Origin: Anaeramoeba ignava BMAN
Lineage: Eukaryota; Protista; Anaeramoebae
Direction: 5' to 3'
Length of the DNA stretch: 64,000 bases
Assembly (NCBI GenBank): GCA_028826165.1
Contig: JAPDFW010000129.1
Location: 79,641 to 143,640, forward strand
Shown: piece by piece, positions 52,199 to 64,000 of the stretch
Layout of the letters: every line of letters begins with the position of its first letter
How positions within the stretch are numbered: position 1 is the stretch's first letter
Notes under the pieces: generated by a model
The model's database searches: none
What the model was told of the DNA's origin: nothing
What the model saw: only the letters and a program-made list of their open reading frames with translations
Position numbers and translations under genes: made by a program

Positions 52199-53948
52199 AT
52201 GAATGATTGCTTATTTTTTGGTTTCAATAAAAATCCAAAACTTATCAAAAATGAACCAGAAACAATAATAACAAAACCCATTCAATTTAAATTTGAAAAT
52301 GAAAATGAAAAACAAATTAAACAAATTTCAACAAGTTTATTTTCAACAATTTTCCTTTTTAAAAATGGAAAAGCAATAGAATATTTAACTCAAGAAGATT
52401 CAAAACAAAATCCTTCAAAAATACAAATTGAAGAAAATATTCAAAAAGTAACTGTTGGTTATGAAAATGAAGCTGTTTTAACTTCAGAAGGGAATGTATT
52501 TGCCAAAGGAAAAGATATTAATTTAAAAGAATTTATCAATATTTCATCATTAATTGAAGATCCAAATGATAGAATAATTCAAGATGTTGTTTCTGGATAT
52601 AATTCAATTTACTTATTAACTTCAAACCAAAATGCTTATGGAATTGGTTCAAATTATTTTGGTCAACTTGGTTCTCAATCAATCCAAAAAACAGAAAAAC
52701 CAATTTTAATGATGAAAAATGTTTCTAAAATATTTTCAGGAAATGATTCAGGACACGTTTTTCTTTTAAATTCAAATCAAGAATTATTTGTATGCGGCTA
52801 TAATCAATTTGGTCAAGTTGGATTAGGAGAATCAAGAAAAGAAGAAACAAAAATCCCTAAATTAGCCAAAATCCAAAATATTCCAAAAGGAAAAATAATT
52901 GATATTCAATCTGGATTTTATCATTCAGTAATGTTGATTGAACAAGAAGATGAAAACCAAAATCCAAAAAGAAAGCTTTATTCATGTGGATATAATCTAT
53001 ATAATGGTCTTGGCAAATATGAAGATACTTATGAATTTACTGAAATCAAATCATCTTTATTTGAAAATGATGATAATATTATTGATTTTTCTGTTAGAAG
53101 TGCTCATACTTTGATTTTAACTTCCAATTCAAAGATGATAGGATTTGGACATAATCAACAAGGCCAATTAGGAACTGGAGATACAGAAAATCAATTAATT
53201 CCAATTCAAATTGAACTTCCTAAATTAAGATTTGATGAAAATATTTTCAATTATCATATTTCTTGTGGATATGATAGATCATTTCTTTATTATTCTCCTC
53301 CTTCTTTTTCCAATCTTGAAGAAGATTTGATAAAATTATTTAGAAGAAAAGAATTTTGCAATATTTCATTTAAAACAGAAAATGGAGAAATAATTGAAGC
53401 TCATAAATTAATATTGAAATATAGATTAAATCAAAATCAAAATCAAATTGAAAAACTTCAAGAAATTATTTCAAACAAATCAATTAAAGAATCAAATCAA
53501 ATATTTGAAATGATTTATTCAAACAGAATAATAAATCCAAAATTATATTTTGAAATTAAAGAAATTATAAATTCAAATGAAAAAATTGAAGAAACAATGA
53601 AAAGAATTTATTTAAATGAAAATGAAAAAGATTTTATAATTGAAAGAAAAGAAAAGAAATATAAATTTCCCAAATTAATATTAATAATGAGAAGTGAATT
53701 ATATCGAGGAATGTTTTTATCTGTAACAGAAGATAAATCTAATAAAGTTACAGATTATAGTGAATTAAGTAATAAATCATTCCAAATATTAGAATATTGG
53801 ATTTATTCAAATCAAATCAAAGAAGAAATTCAAATTACACAAGAAATCATTGATGAAATTCAAAATTGGAATTGATTATTTTCAATTAAATCAAACAAAT
53901 CCAAATTTAATTGATTTATTAATTAACAAATTTAATAATCAAAATTAA
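52199..53948 (+). CDS. RCC1-BTB copy K (1-nt indel ~53863)
   Basis: ORF 52199-53875; the tail continues out of frame. Confidence 0.87.
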
Positions 53949-54830
53949 AAATTAAAATCAAAAATTAAAATTAAAATAAAAATTAAAATTAAAATTAAAA
54001 TTAAAATTAAAATTAAAATCAAAATTAAAATTAAAATTAAAATTAAAATTAAAATTAAAATTAAAATCCAAATTAAAATTAAAATTTAAATTAAAATTAA
54101 AATAAAATTAAAATTAAAATTAAAATTTAAATTAAAATCAAAATCAAAATCAAATTTAAAATTAAAATTAAAATTAAAATCAAAAATTAAAATTAAAATT
54201 AAAATAAAAATTAAAATAAAATTAAACTAAAATTAAAATCAAAATTAAAATTAAATTAAAATTAAAATCAAAATTAAAATTAAAATTAAAATTAAAAATC
54301 AAAATCAAAATTAAAATCAAAATTAAAATTAAAATCAAATTAAAATTAAAATTAAAATTAAAATTAAAATTAAAATTAAATTTAAAATTAAAATTAAAAT
54401 CAAAATTAAAATTAAAATTAAAATTAAAATTAAAATTAAAATTAAAATTAAAATTTAAAATTAAAATTAAAATCAAAAATTAAAATTAAAATTAAAATTA
54501 AAAATTAAAATTAAAATTAAAATTAAAATTTAAAATTAAAATTAAAATTAAAAATTAAAATTAAAATTAAAATTAAAATTAAAATTAAAAAATTAAATTA
54601 AAATCAAATCAAAATTAAAATTAAAATCAAAATTAAAATTAAAATTAAAATTAAAATTAAAATTAAAATTAAAATTAAATTAAAATTCAAAATTAAAATT
54701 AAAATTAAAATTAAAATTAAAATTAAAAATCAAAATTAAAATTAAAATTAAAATTAAAATCAAAATTAAAATTAAAATTAAAATTAAAATTAAAATTAAA
54801 ATTAAAATTAAAATTAAAATTAAAATAAAA
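53945..54830. repeat. (AAAATT)n intergenic tract
   Basis: Visible. Confidence 0.95.
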
Positions 54831-54875
54831 TTCCAAAAATCATTTTTCATTTTTTTCATTTTTTTTCTTTTAAAA

Positions 54876-56646
54876 ATGAATGAAATTATATTTTTTGGTT
54901 TAAATGAAAATCCAAAACTTATCAAAAATGAACCAATTAAAATAACAAAACCAATTCAATTTAAATTTGAAAATGAAAATGAAAATGAAAATGAAAAACA
55001 AATTAAACAAATTTCTTCATGTGAATTTTCAACAATTTTCCTTTTTAAAAATGGAAAAGCAATAGAATATTTAAATGAAAATAATTCAAAACAAAATCCT
55101 GAAAAAATCCAAATTGAAGAAAATATTCAAAAAGTAACTGTTGGTTTTTCTAATGAAGCTATTTTAACAATAGAAGGAAATGTATTTGCTAAAGGAAAAG
55201 ATATTAATCCAAAAAATCCAAATGAATTTATCAATATTTCATCATTAATTGAAGATACAAAATGATAGAATAATTCAAGATATTGTTTCTGGATACCAGT
55301 CAATTTACTTATTAACTTCAAATCAAAATGTTTATGGAATTGGCTATAATCAATTTAGTCAACTTGGTTTTGATTCTGACTTACTTCTAAAAACAGAAAA
55401 ACCAATTTTAATGATGAAAAATGTTTCTAAAATATTTTCAGGAAATTATTCATTTTCTGTTTTTCTTTTAAATTCAAATCAAGAATTATTTGGATGCGGA
55501 TCTAATTATAATGGCCAAATTGGATTAGGAGAATCAAGAAAAGAAGAAACAAAAATCCAAAAATTAACCAAAATCCAAAATATTCCAAAAGGTAAAATAA
55601 TTGATATTCAATGTGGAAGTAGTCATTCAATAATGTTGATTGAAAATGAAAATCAAAATCAAAATCCAAAAAGAAAACTTTATTCATGTGGAAATTGGCA
55701 ATATAATGGACTTGATGTAGATACTTATGAATTTACTGAAATCAAATCATCTTTATTTAAAAATGAAAATGATAATATTCTTGATTTTTCTGTTGGAGAT
55801 TCTCATACTTTGATTTTAACTTCCAATTCGAAATTAATAGGATTTGGTTTAAATAATTTTAGTCAATTAGGAACTGGAGATACAAATAATCAATCAATTC
55901 CAATTCAAATTGAACTTCCTAAATTAAGATTTAATGAAAATATTTCAATTATCATATTTCTTGTGAATTTAAAAAATCATTTCTTTATTATTCTCCTCCT
56001 TCTTTTTCCAATCTTGAAGAAGATTTGATAAAATTATTTAGAAGAAAAGAATTTTGTGATATTTCATTTAAAACAGAAAATGGAGAAATGATTGAAGCTC
56101 ATAAATTAATATTGAAATATAGATTAAATCAAAATCAAAATCAAATTGAAAAACTTAAAGAAATTATTTCAAATAAATCAATTAAAGAATCAAATCAAAT
56201 ATTTGAAATGATTTATTCAAACAGAATTATAAATCCAAAATTATATTCTGAAATTAAAGAAATTATAAATTCAAATGAAAAAATTGAAGAAACAATGAAA
56301 AGAATTTATTTAAATGAAAATGAAAATGAAAAAGATTTTATTATTGAAAGAAAAGAAAAAACAATATAAATTTCCTAAATTAATATTAATAATGAGAAGT
56401 GAATTATATCGAGGAATGTTTTTATCTGTAACAGAAGATAAATCAAATAAAGTTACAGATTATAGTGAATTAAGTAATAAATCATTTCAAATATTTGAAT
56501 ATTGGATTTATTCAAATCAAATTAAAGATGAAATTCAAATTACAAAAGAAATAATTGAAGAAATTAAAATTGGAATTGATTATTTTCAATTAAATCAAAC
56601 AAATCCAAATTTATTTGATTTATTAATTAACAAATTTAATAATTAA
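54876..56646 (+). CDS. RCC1-BTB copy L (three single-base frameshifts)
   Basis: ORFs 54876-55265, 55249-56028, 56025-56369, 56314-56646. Confidence 0.83.
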
Positions 56647-56656
56647 AATTAAAATT

Positions 56657-57822
56657 AAAAATAAGAATAAGTTTAATTTAATATTTAATTTATAAATTAA
56701 TTTAAAAATATAATTTAATATTTAATTTATAAATTAATTTAAAAATATAATTTTATATTTAATTTTATGTTTAAAATAGTAATTTATTGTTTTAGATTTA
56801 AATATTTTATTATTTAAATATTTAACATATAAATATAAAAAATAAGAATAAGTTTAATTTAATATTTAATTTATAAATTAATTTAAAAATATAATTTAAT
56901 ATTTAATTTTATTTTTAAAATAATAATTTATTGTTTTAGATTTAAATATTTTATTATTTAAATATTTAACATATAAATATAAAAATAAGAATAGATTTAA
57001 TTTAATATTTAATTTATAAATTAATTTAGAAATATAATTTAATATTTAATTCATTATTAAAATGATAATTTAATGTTTTAGATTTAAATATTTTATTATT
57101 TAAATATTTAACATAAAAATATAAAAATGAAAATAGATTTAATTTAATATTTAATTTATAAATTAATTTAAAAATATAATTTAATATTTAATTTTATGTT
57201 TAAAATAATAATTTAATGTTTTAGATTTAAATATTTTATTATTTAAAAATTTAACATAAAAATATAAAAATGAGAATAGATTTAATTCTATTATTTAATT
57301 TATAAATTAATTTAAAAATATAATTTAATATTTAGTTTTATTATTGAAATAATAATTTAATGTTTTTAGATTTAAATATTTTCTTATTTAATTATTTAAC
57401 ATAAAAATATAAAAATAAGAATAGATTTAATTCTATTATTTAATTTATAAATTAATTTAAAAATATAATTTAATATTTAATTTTAGTATTGAAATAATAA
57501 TTTAATGTTTTAGATTTAAATATTTTATTATTTAAATATTAAACATAAAAATATAAAAATGAGAATAGATTTAATTTAATATTTAATTTATAAATTAATT
57601 TAAAATATAATTTTATGTTTTATTTTATTATTAAAATAATAATTTATTGTTTTAGATTTAAATATTTTATTATTTCAATATTCAACATATAAATATAAAA
57701 ATAAGAATAGATTTAATTTAATATTTAATTTATAAATTAATTTAAAAATATAATTTAATATTTAATTTTATTATTAAAATAATAATTTAATGTTTTAGAT
57801 TTAAATATTTTATTATTTAAAA
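56657..57822. repeat. Eight-copy ~143-bp tandem satellite
   Basis: G of TTTAGATTT at 56795, 56939, 57081, 57224, 57369, 57513, 57655, 57798. Confidence 0.93.
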
Positions 57823-58221
57823 ATATTTTGAAAATTGATTTTTGAAATTAAAATTTTATCTTTTTTTGAATTAAATTGAATTAATATTAATTTAGAAATT
57901 TGTTTTTAAATTTAAATTTATTAATAATTTTTAAATTCCAAAAAAAAAAATTAAATTAAAAATTAAATTAAAATAATTTTCCTTTTTTTTAATAATAAAA
58001 ACTAATAAAAATAATAATAATTTATTAATAAATTAATTTAAAATAATAAATTAAAAAGAAAATTAAATTAATTATTAATTTAAATTTATTCTCATTTTTT
58101 ATATTTTTATTTATTTTCAAAATCCACTTTTTTTATTCATTTTTTTTATTTAATTTTTTTTTCATTTTTTTCCTTTTTTTTTAATAAACAAAAAACAAAA
58201 AACAAAACAACAAAAAACAAA

Positions 58222-59975
58222 ATGGATAATAATAATAATAACCAAATTCAAAATGCAAATCAAAATCAAAATGAAAATCAAAATGAAATGAAAAATTTAG
58301 AAAAAAAAGTAACAAAAAATTTAATTAAAGATTATTCAAATCTTTTAAATGGAAATTCATTTAAAGATTTTTCAATTTTTGTTGAGAATAAATCAAATCC
58401 TTTTGAAATTAAAGTTCATAAATCAATTTTATCTTCAAGATCTCCTTTTTTTAATGAGTCATTAAGACAAGAATCTCTTTCTATTTTTTTAAATCAATTT
58501 AATAAAAAAGAAATGGAATCAATTTTAAGTTATATTTATTATGGAAATATTTCTTTTGAGAATCAAGAAAATCTTATTCAATTATTGGAAATTTCAATTT
58601 ATTTTAAATTAAATTTATTGAAAGAAATTATTCAAAAAAAATTTTAAATTCAATTAATTATTCAAATTTTTTCCAATTTTTATTCCAAAATCGAAATTTA
58701 AATTCAAATGAAATTGAAATAAAATGTTTTGAATTAATAAATCAAAATTTTTCCCAAATTCAGAATAATGAGAATTTATTCAATTTAACTAAAGAAGAAA
58801 TTATCAAATTTATTCAATTTAAACAAGAAAAAAAAGAAATTTTTCAATTTGATTTTTTTCAATTTTTAAATAATTGGATTGAAAAAAGAAATGAAAAATT
58901 AAAAGGAAAGAAAGAAAAAGAAAAAGAAAAAGAAAAAGAAAAGGGAATTGAAAAGAAAAGATTATTTCATTCTTTTTTTTCATTATTTGATAAAGATTCA
59001 ATTTCAAAACAAGATTTTGATAAATTAAAACAATTTGATTTTTTTCCTAAATCTTTTTTAGTTGATATTCAAAACAAAGTTATTCAAGATAATCAAAAAG
59101 AAATTGAAAACAAAGAGAAAGAAATTGAAAAGAAATGGAAGAAAGAAATTGAAAACAAAGAGAAAGAAAATCAACAAATGAAAATTGAAATTGAAGAGAA
59201 ATGGAAGAAAGAAGTTGAGAATAAAAACAAAGAAATTGAAGATAAAAATAAAGAAATTGAAGATAAAAACAAAGAAATTGAAGAGAAATGGAAGAAAGAA
59301 GTTGAAGATTTGAAAGAAGAGAATGAGAAAATGAAACCTGTTTTTGATAAATATGGAGAACAATATCAAAAAGATTTGGAATATGAAAAGAAAATGCAAG
59401 AATTAAGAAAGAATTTTCCTCAATTTTCAGATTCAGAAATTGTTCAAGATATTGAATATGTTAAGAAATTACAAGAATGGATAAATGATAATGATTTTTT
59501 TTCTAAAATGAAAAAAGGATTTTCAGCAAAAAGAGATGGATTTAATTCTCAAAATTGGCATAAAGCAGTTGATGGGAAAGGAAAAACATTAGTTATTATC
59601 AAAACAAAACAAAATTTTATTTTTGGAGGTTTTACTCAAGTTGGATTTAATGGAAATACAGGAGACATTAAAGACTCAAATGCATTTATTTTTTCATTAA
59701 GAAATGATAAAGGGGATAGAATACCTGCAAAGTTTACATATAATGGCAAAGTTCGTGCAATTTTGTCTAATTTAAGTTATGGTCCATGGTTTGGTGGTGG
59801 TAATAGTGGAGATGATTTTCGTTTAGATTCTAATTTACAACCTGGTAATTCAAATTTTGGTTATAGTTATAATCTACCTAATGGAATTACTTATGGAACA
59901 AATGAAGCTAGAAGTTATTTAGCTGGTTCTTATGATAAATGGGTTGTTGATGAAGTTGAATCTTATTTCATTTAA
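58222..59975 (+). CDS. BTB + coiled-coil + TLDc protein (frameshift in A-run ~58635)
   Basis: FKDFSIFV..IKVHKSILSSRSPFF; KEIEDKN repeats; TLDc SAKRDGF..WHKAVDGKGKTLVIIKT..VDEVESYFI. Confidence 0.87.
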
Positions 59976-60443
59976 AAATTAATTAATAATAAGAAAATCA
60001 AACTTTTTTTTTTTAATTTTTTTTTTTCAAAATTTAATTCAATTTTAATTTACTTTTAATCAAATTAATTTCTTTAAAATAATAAATAAGAAACAAATTT
60101 AATTTTAAATAATTTAATTTTAATTTAAAATATTTATTAAAAATTTAATTAATAAAAAATAATCCAAAAAAAAATAATAAATTTTAAAAAATTGAATATT
60201 TTTAATATAATAAATAAAAATAAAAATTGAAAATAGAAATTAATAATAATTAAATTTAAATTCATTAATTAAAATATTAAAATAAAAAAAATCAAATAAA
60301 ATTTATTATTAATTAATATTTAAATATTAATAAATTATAATCAAAATCAAAAATAGAATAATTAGTAAATTATTTTTTAGAAAGTTTATCTTATTCAATC
60401 ATGTTAAATTCAATTTATTTAAAATTTTTAATTTTTAATTTTA

Positions 60444-61070
60444 TTTTTAATATATTTTATTATAATTAAAATTGAAATAATAAATAATCAAAAATATTAA
60501 TATAATAAATAAAAATATTATATTAAATTTAAATAAAATAAATTTAAATTAAATTATTATTAAATATTATTAAAATTAAATATTTATATTTATTAAAAAT
60601 ATTTATTCCACTTTTTAATATATTTTATTATAATTAAAATTGGAATAATAAATAATTAAAAATATTAATATAATAAATAAAACATTATATTAAATTAAAA
60701 TAAAATAAATTTAAATTAAATTATTATTAAATATTATTAAAATTAAATATTTATTTTTATTAAAATATTTCAATTTTCTTTTCAATTTTATTAAATTATT
60801 GGGAATCGTTTTATATTATTTTAAATATAAAGAAATATTAATAAAAAATATATAAAATAGAATTAATTTTTAAATTTAATTATTTAATATTCTTTATTCC
60901 ATTTTTGAAATAAATTAATTAAAATATTTTATTAATTTTATTAAATTATTGGGAATAATTTTATATTATTTTAAATAAAGAAATATTAATAAAATATATA
61001 AAATATAATTAATTTCAAATTTAATTATTTAATATTCTTTATTCCATTTTTGAAATAAATTAATGAAAAT
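60444..61070. repeat. Two adjacent direct duplications (~168 bp x2 and ~150 bp x2)
   Basis: TTTTTAATATATTTT at 60444/60612; GGGAAT at 60801/60951. Confidence 0.8.
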
Positions 61071-61368
61071 ATTTTATAATTGAAAGAAAAGAAAACCAAT
61101 ATAAATTTCCAAAATTAATATTAATAATGAGAAGTGAATTATATCGAGGAATGTTTTTATCTGTAACAAATGATACTTCTAATAAAGTGAATTAAGTAAT
61201 AAATCATTTCAAATATTTGAATATTGGATTTATTCAAATCAAATTAAAGATGAAATTCAAATTACACAAGAAATAATTAATGAAATTCAAATTGGAATTG
61301 ATTATTTTCAATTAAATCAAACAAATCCAAATTTATTTGATTTATTAATTAAGAAATTTATTAATTAA
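61062..61368 (+). pseudogene. Orphan RCC1-BTB C-terminal (BTB2) fragment with an internal deletion
   Basis: Begins at NEN..FIIERKE; lacks TTACAGATTATAG relative to the intact copies. Confidence 0.85.
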
Positions 61369-61542
61369 AATTTAAAATTAAAATTAAAATTAAAATTAAA
61401 ATAAAAATTAAAAATTAAAATTAAAATTAAAATTAAAATTTTTCATTTTTCATTTTTCATTTTTGGTTTATTAATCAAACAGAAAAAAAACGGAAAAAGA
61501 AAAATTTTTTTTGTATCTATTTTTTTTTAAATTGATTTTTAA

Positions 61543-64000
61543 ATGTGGGGTCAAGTTTTTGTTATTGCATTTTCAGTTGTATCAGATGCTTTAAATATAA
61601 TCCAATCAATCCCTTATATTCCTTTTTTAATTGAATCATTTCATATCACAGATTCTAAAAAGCAAGTTGGTTATTTAGCCGGTTTATTGATGTCAATTTC
61701 CCATATTTGTCAAATATTTAGTTGTATTTATTGATTTTATAATTATAATTTATTTTTAAAAAAGAAAAAAAAATTTTTTGGATTGATTGATTATTTTATC
61801 AAATTTTAAAAACAAAATCAAAAAGCTTTTTTTTTGGAACTCTTTCTGATAAAATTGGAAGAAGGAAAATTATGATATTTGGAAATTTCGCTTTAGCTAT
61901 TACAACTTTTTTATTTGGATTTACTTTTAATATTTGGTGGGTTTTTTTAACAAAAGGTTTATCAGGTCTTTTATATGGTATTTTTATTTCTTTCTTTCTT
62001 TTAATGATTTCTTTTTATTAACATAAAAAAAAATATTTTTATTCTTTCAAAAATAAATAGAAAATATTGGAATTGCGAATGTATTTATTTTCCAAAAAAT
62101 TATTATTGATTTAATTAATTAATTATTTATTTATTAAATAAAAATTAGACAATTCTAAATGAAATATGTAGTTCAGGAAATCAAGCACTTTGTATGTCAG
62201 TTGTTGGATTTTCATTTGGAATTGGAAGCGGTATTCAAAAAAATAAAATTAAAATTAAAATCAAAATCAAAATCAAAATCAAAATTAAAATCAAATTGAA
62301 AATCAAAATCAAAATCAAAATCAAAATCAAAATCAAAATCAAAATCAAAATATAAAATTAAAATCAAAATCAAAATCAAAATCAAAATCAAAATCAAAAT
62401 CAAAATCAAAATCAAAATCAAAATTAAAATCAAAATCAAAATCAAAATCAAAATCAAAATCAAAATAAAATTAAAATCAAAATTAATATCAAATTGAAAA
62501 TCAAAATTAAAATTAAAATTAAAATCAAAATCAAAATTAAAATCAAATCAAAATCAAATTCAAAATCAAATTCAAAATTCAAAATCAAAATCAAAACCAA
62601 AATCTAAATCAAAATCAAAAATCAAATTCAAAATAAAATTCAAAATTCTAAATGCTAAATTTTAATAATAAAAAGTTGGAGGACCAATTTTAGGAGGATA
62701 TACTGTCCATTTAGATGCAAAAAAAGGAAGTTTTTTAGATGAATATCCTTATTTTCTTCCAAATGGAATTTGTGCTGGAATTTCAATTATTGGCGCTATT
62801 TCTAATATTTTATTTCTATCAGAAACTTTGAAAAAAAAAAGACCATTATTTAGTTGTGGATTAATGTCTGATAAAAATTTTGAAATTCCAAAAGAAAATA
62901 AAATACTTTCAAATTTAGTTCTTGATCCAAATTTTTTAATTTGTTCTCCAAATAATTTAAATGATGAAATAATTTCAATGGATGAATTTGAAGAAATTGA
63001 ATTTGAAAATTTTACTTCTGTTTCTGATACAGATTTCTTAAATAAAAATCAACACAAAGAAAATTATTATGAAAATCAAAATGAAAATGATTGGGCTGAA
63101 ATATTGTTAGTCACACATTTCCCAAAATCAAAAATGAATTCTATTTCAACTTCAATTACTAGTGAAATTTCAGAAGTTGAAAATGAAAATGCTACAACAT
63201 TTAATAAAAAAGATGGTATTTTTTTTATAAATAAAAATCCAAAATCCAAAATTAATGGAAAATCAATATTCAACTCAAATCCAAACATGATAATTATGAA
63301 GAAGATGAAGATGAAGATGAATTAGATGAAGAAATGGATGAATTAAATTATCAAATATTTGAAAGAAATTTTAAAGATGATGAAAAACAAAGTTTTGGAA
63401 CTTTTTTAAAATCGCATAAATATATTTTTTTACTTTGTCTTCTTTATGGATTAATTTCGTTAGTTTTATATATCAAAAAATTTCAAATCAAAGAATTGGA
63501 AAAATTCAAATTAAAAATTCAAATCAAAATTTTGAAAATTAGATTCATCTTTATATTTTTTGATACAATTGTTCCATTATTACTTTTCCAAGAAGAAAAA
63601 GATGGAGGACTTGATTTGAAGCACATGAAATTGCAACAGGATCATCAGTTTCTGGTGCTTCTTTTTATTTTTCAAATACTTCTTTATCCAAAAATTTCAC
63701 GATATATTTCACCTTTAAATGCTTATAGAATTGGAGTTGGTGCTAATGCTTTGGTTTTTGTTGCTTTTCCTTTTATTAATTCAATTCATGTAAGATTTGG
63801 TTGGCAAGCTGGATGGGCTTTTTATTTAACAGCAATGGTTCTTCGTTCTTTATTTGAAAGTTTAACTTATTCAAGCACATTTATATTGATTAATAATAGT
63901 GCAAAATCATTTAGGTTTATTTTTATAACACAAATCAATTAAAATTCAAAATTTAAAATCATTTAGAAAATTCAAAATCAAAATCAAATTCATTTAGAAA
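61543..64000 (+). CDS. MFS transporter, ZIFL-like, copy 2 (inverted paralogue; 3' end outside window)
   Basis: Matching intron positions and 20-nt microexon (62061-62080) as in copy 1; collinear protein. Confidence 0.86.

Noticed and set aside
45393-56646. Frameshifts as programmed frameshifting or phase variation
   Set aside because: Most are single-base indels in A/T runs at differing positions and also hit the kinase and BTB-TLDc genes; long-read error is simpler and cannot be excluded without reads

Overview
Extremely AT-rich eukaryotic (protist) genomic DNA with GT-AG introns, (EN)n/(QN)n/(AAAATT)n microsatellites and expanded BTB families. The style resembles the anaerobic metamonad Anaeramoeba, but this is an inference and cannot be proven here. 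The window is dominated by 12 full-length tandem copies plus 3 C-terminal fragments of an intronless RCC1-propeller + BTB-BTB gene, arranged in three arrays (1-7.8 kb minus, 13.9-21.8 kb plus, 45.4-56.6 kb plus). Their scaffold and BTB module are near-identical, but two short loops per blade are hypervariable and shared in mosaic fashion, like an immune-receptor repertoire coupled to Cullin-3. Embedded in or beside the arrays are a Crinkler/RHS-type NTPase+restriction-endonuclease-fold gene, a bacterial-type PARG, two BTB-TLDc genes, a YbaK-family deacylase and a TPR gene. The middle region holds an ABCC transporter with both ATPase sites degenerate, an SDR, a BRSK/SNF1-like kinase, a small degenerate Mia40-like ORF, a coiled-coil gene and a ZIFL-like MFS gene that has an inverted paralogue at the right end. 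Non-coding highlights are three sequence-unrelated satellites sharing a ~143-144 bp period and a TCATTT initiator-like motif before nearly every ATG. Many frameshifts may be long-read errors.
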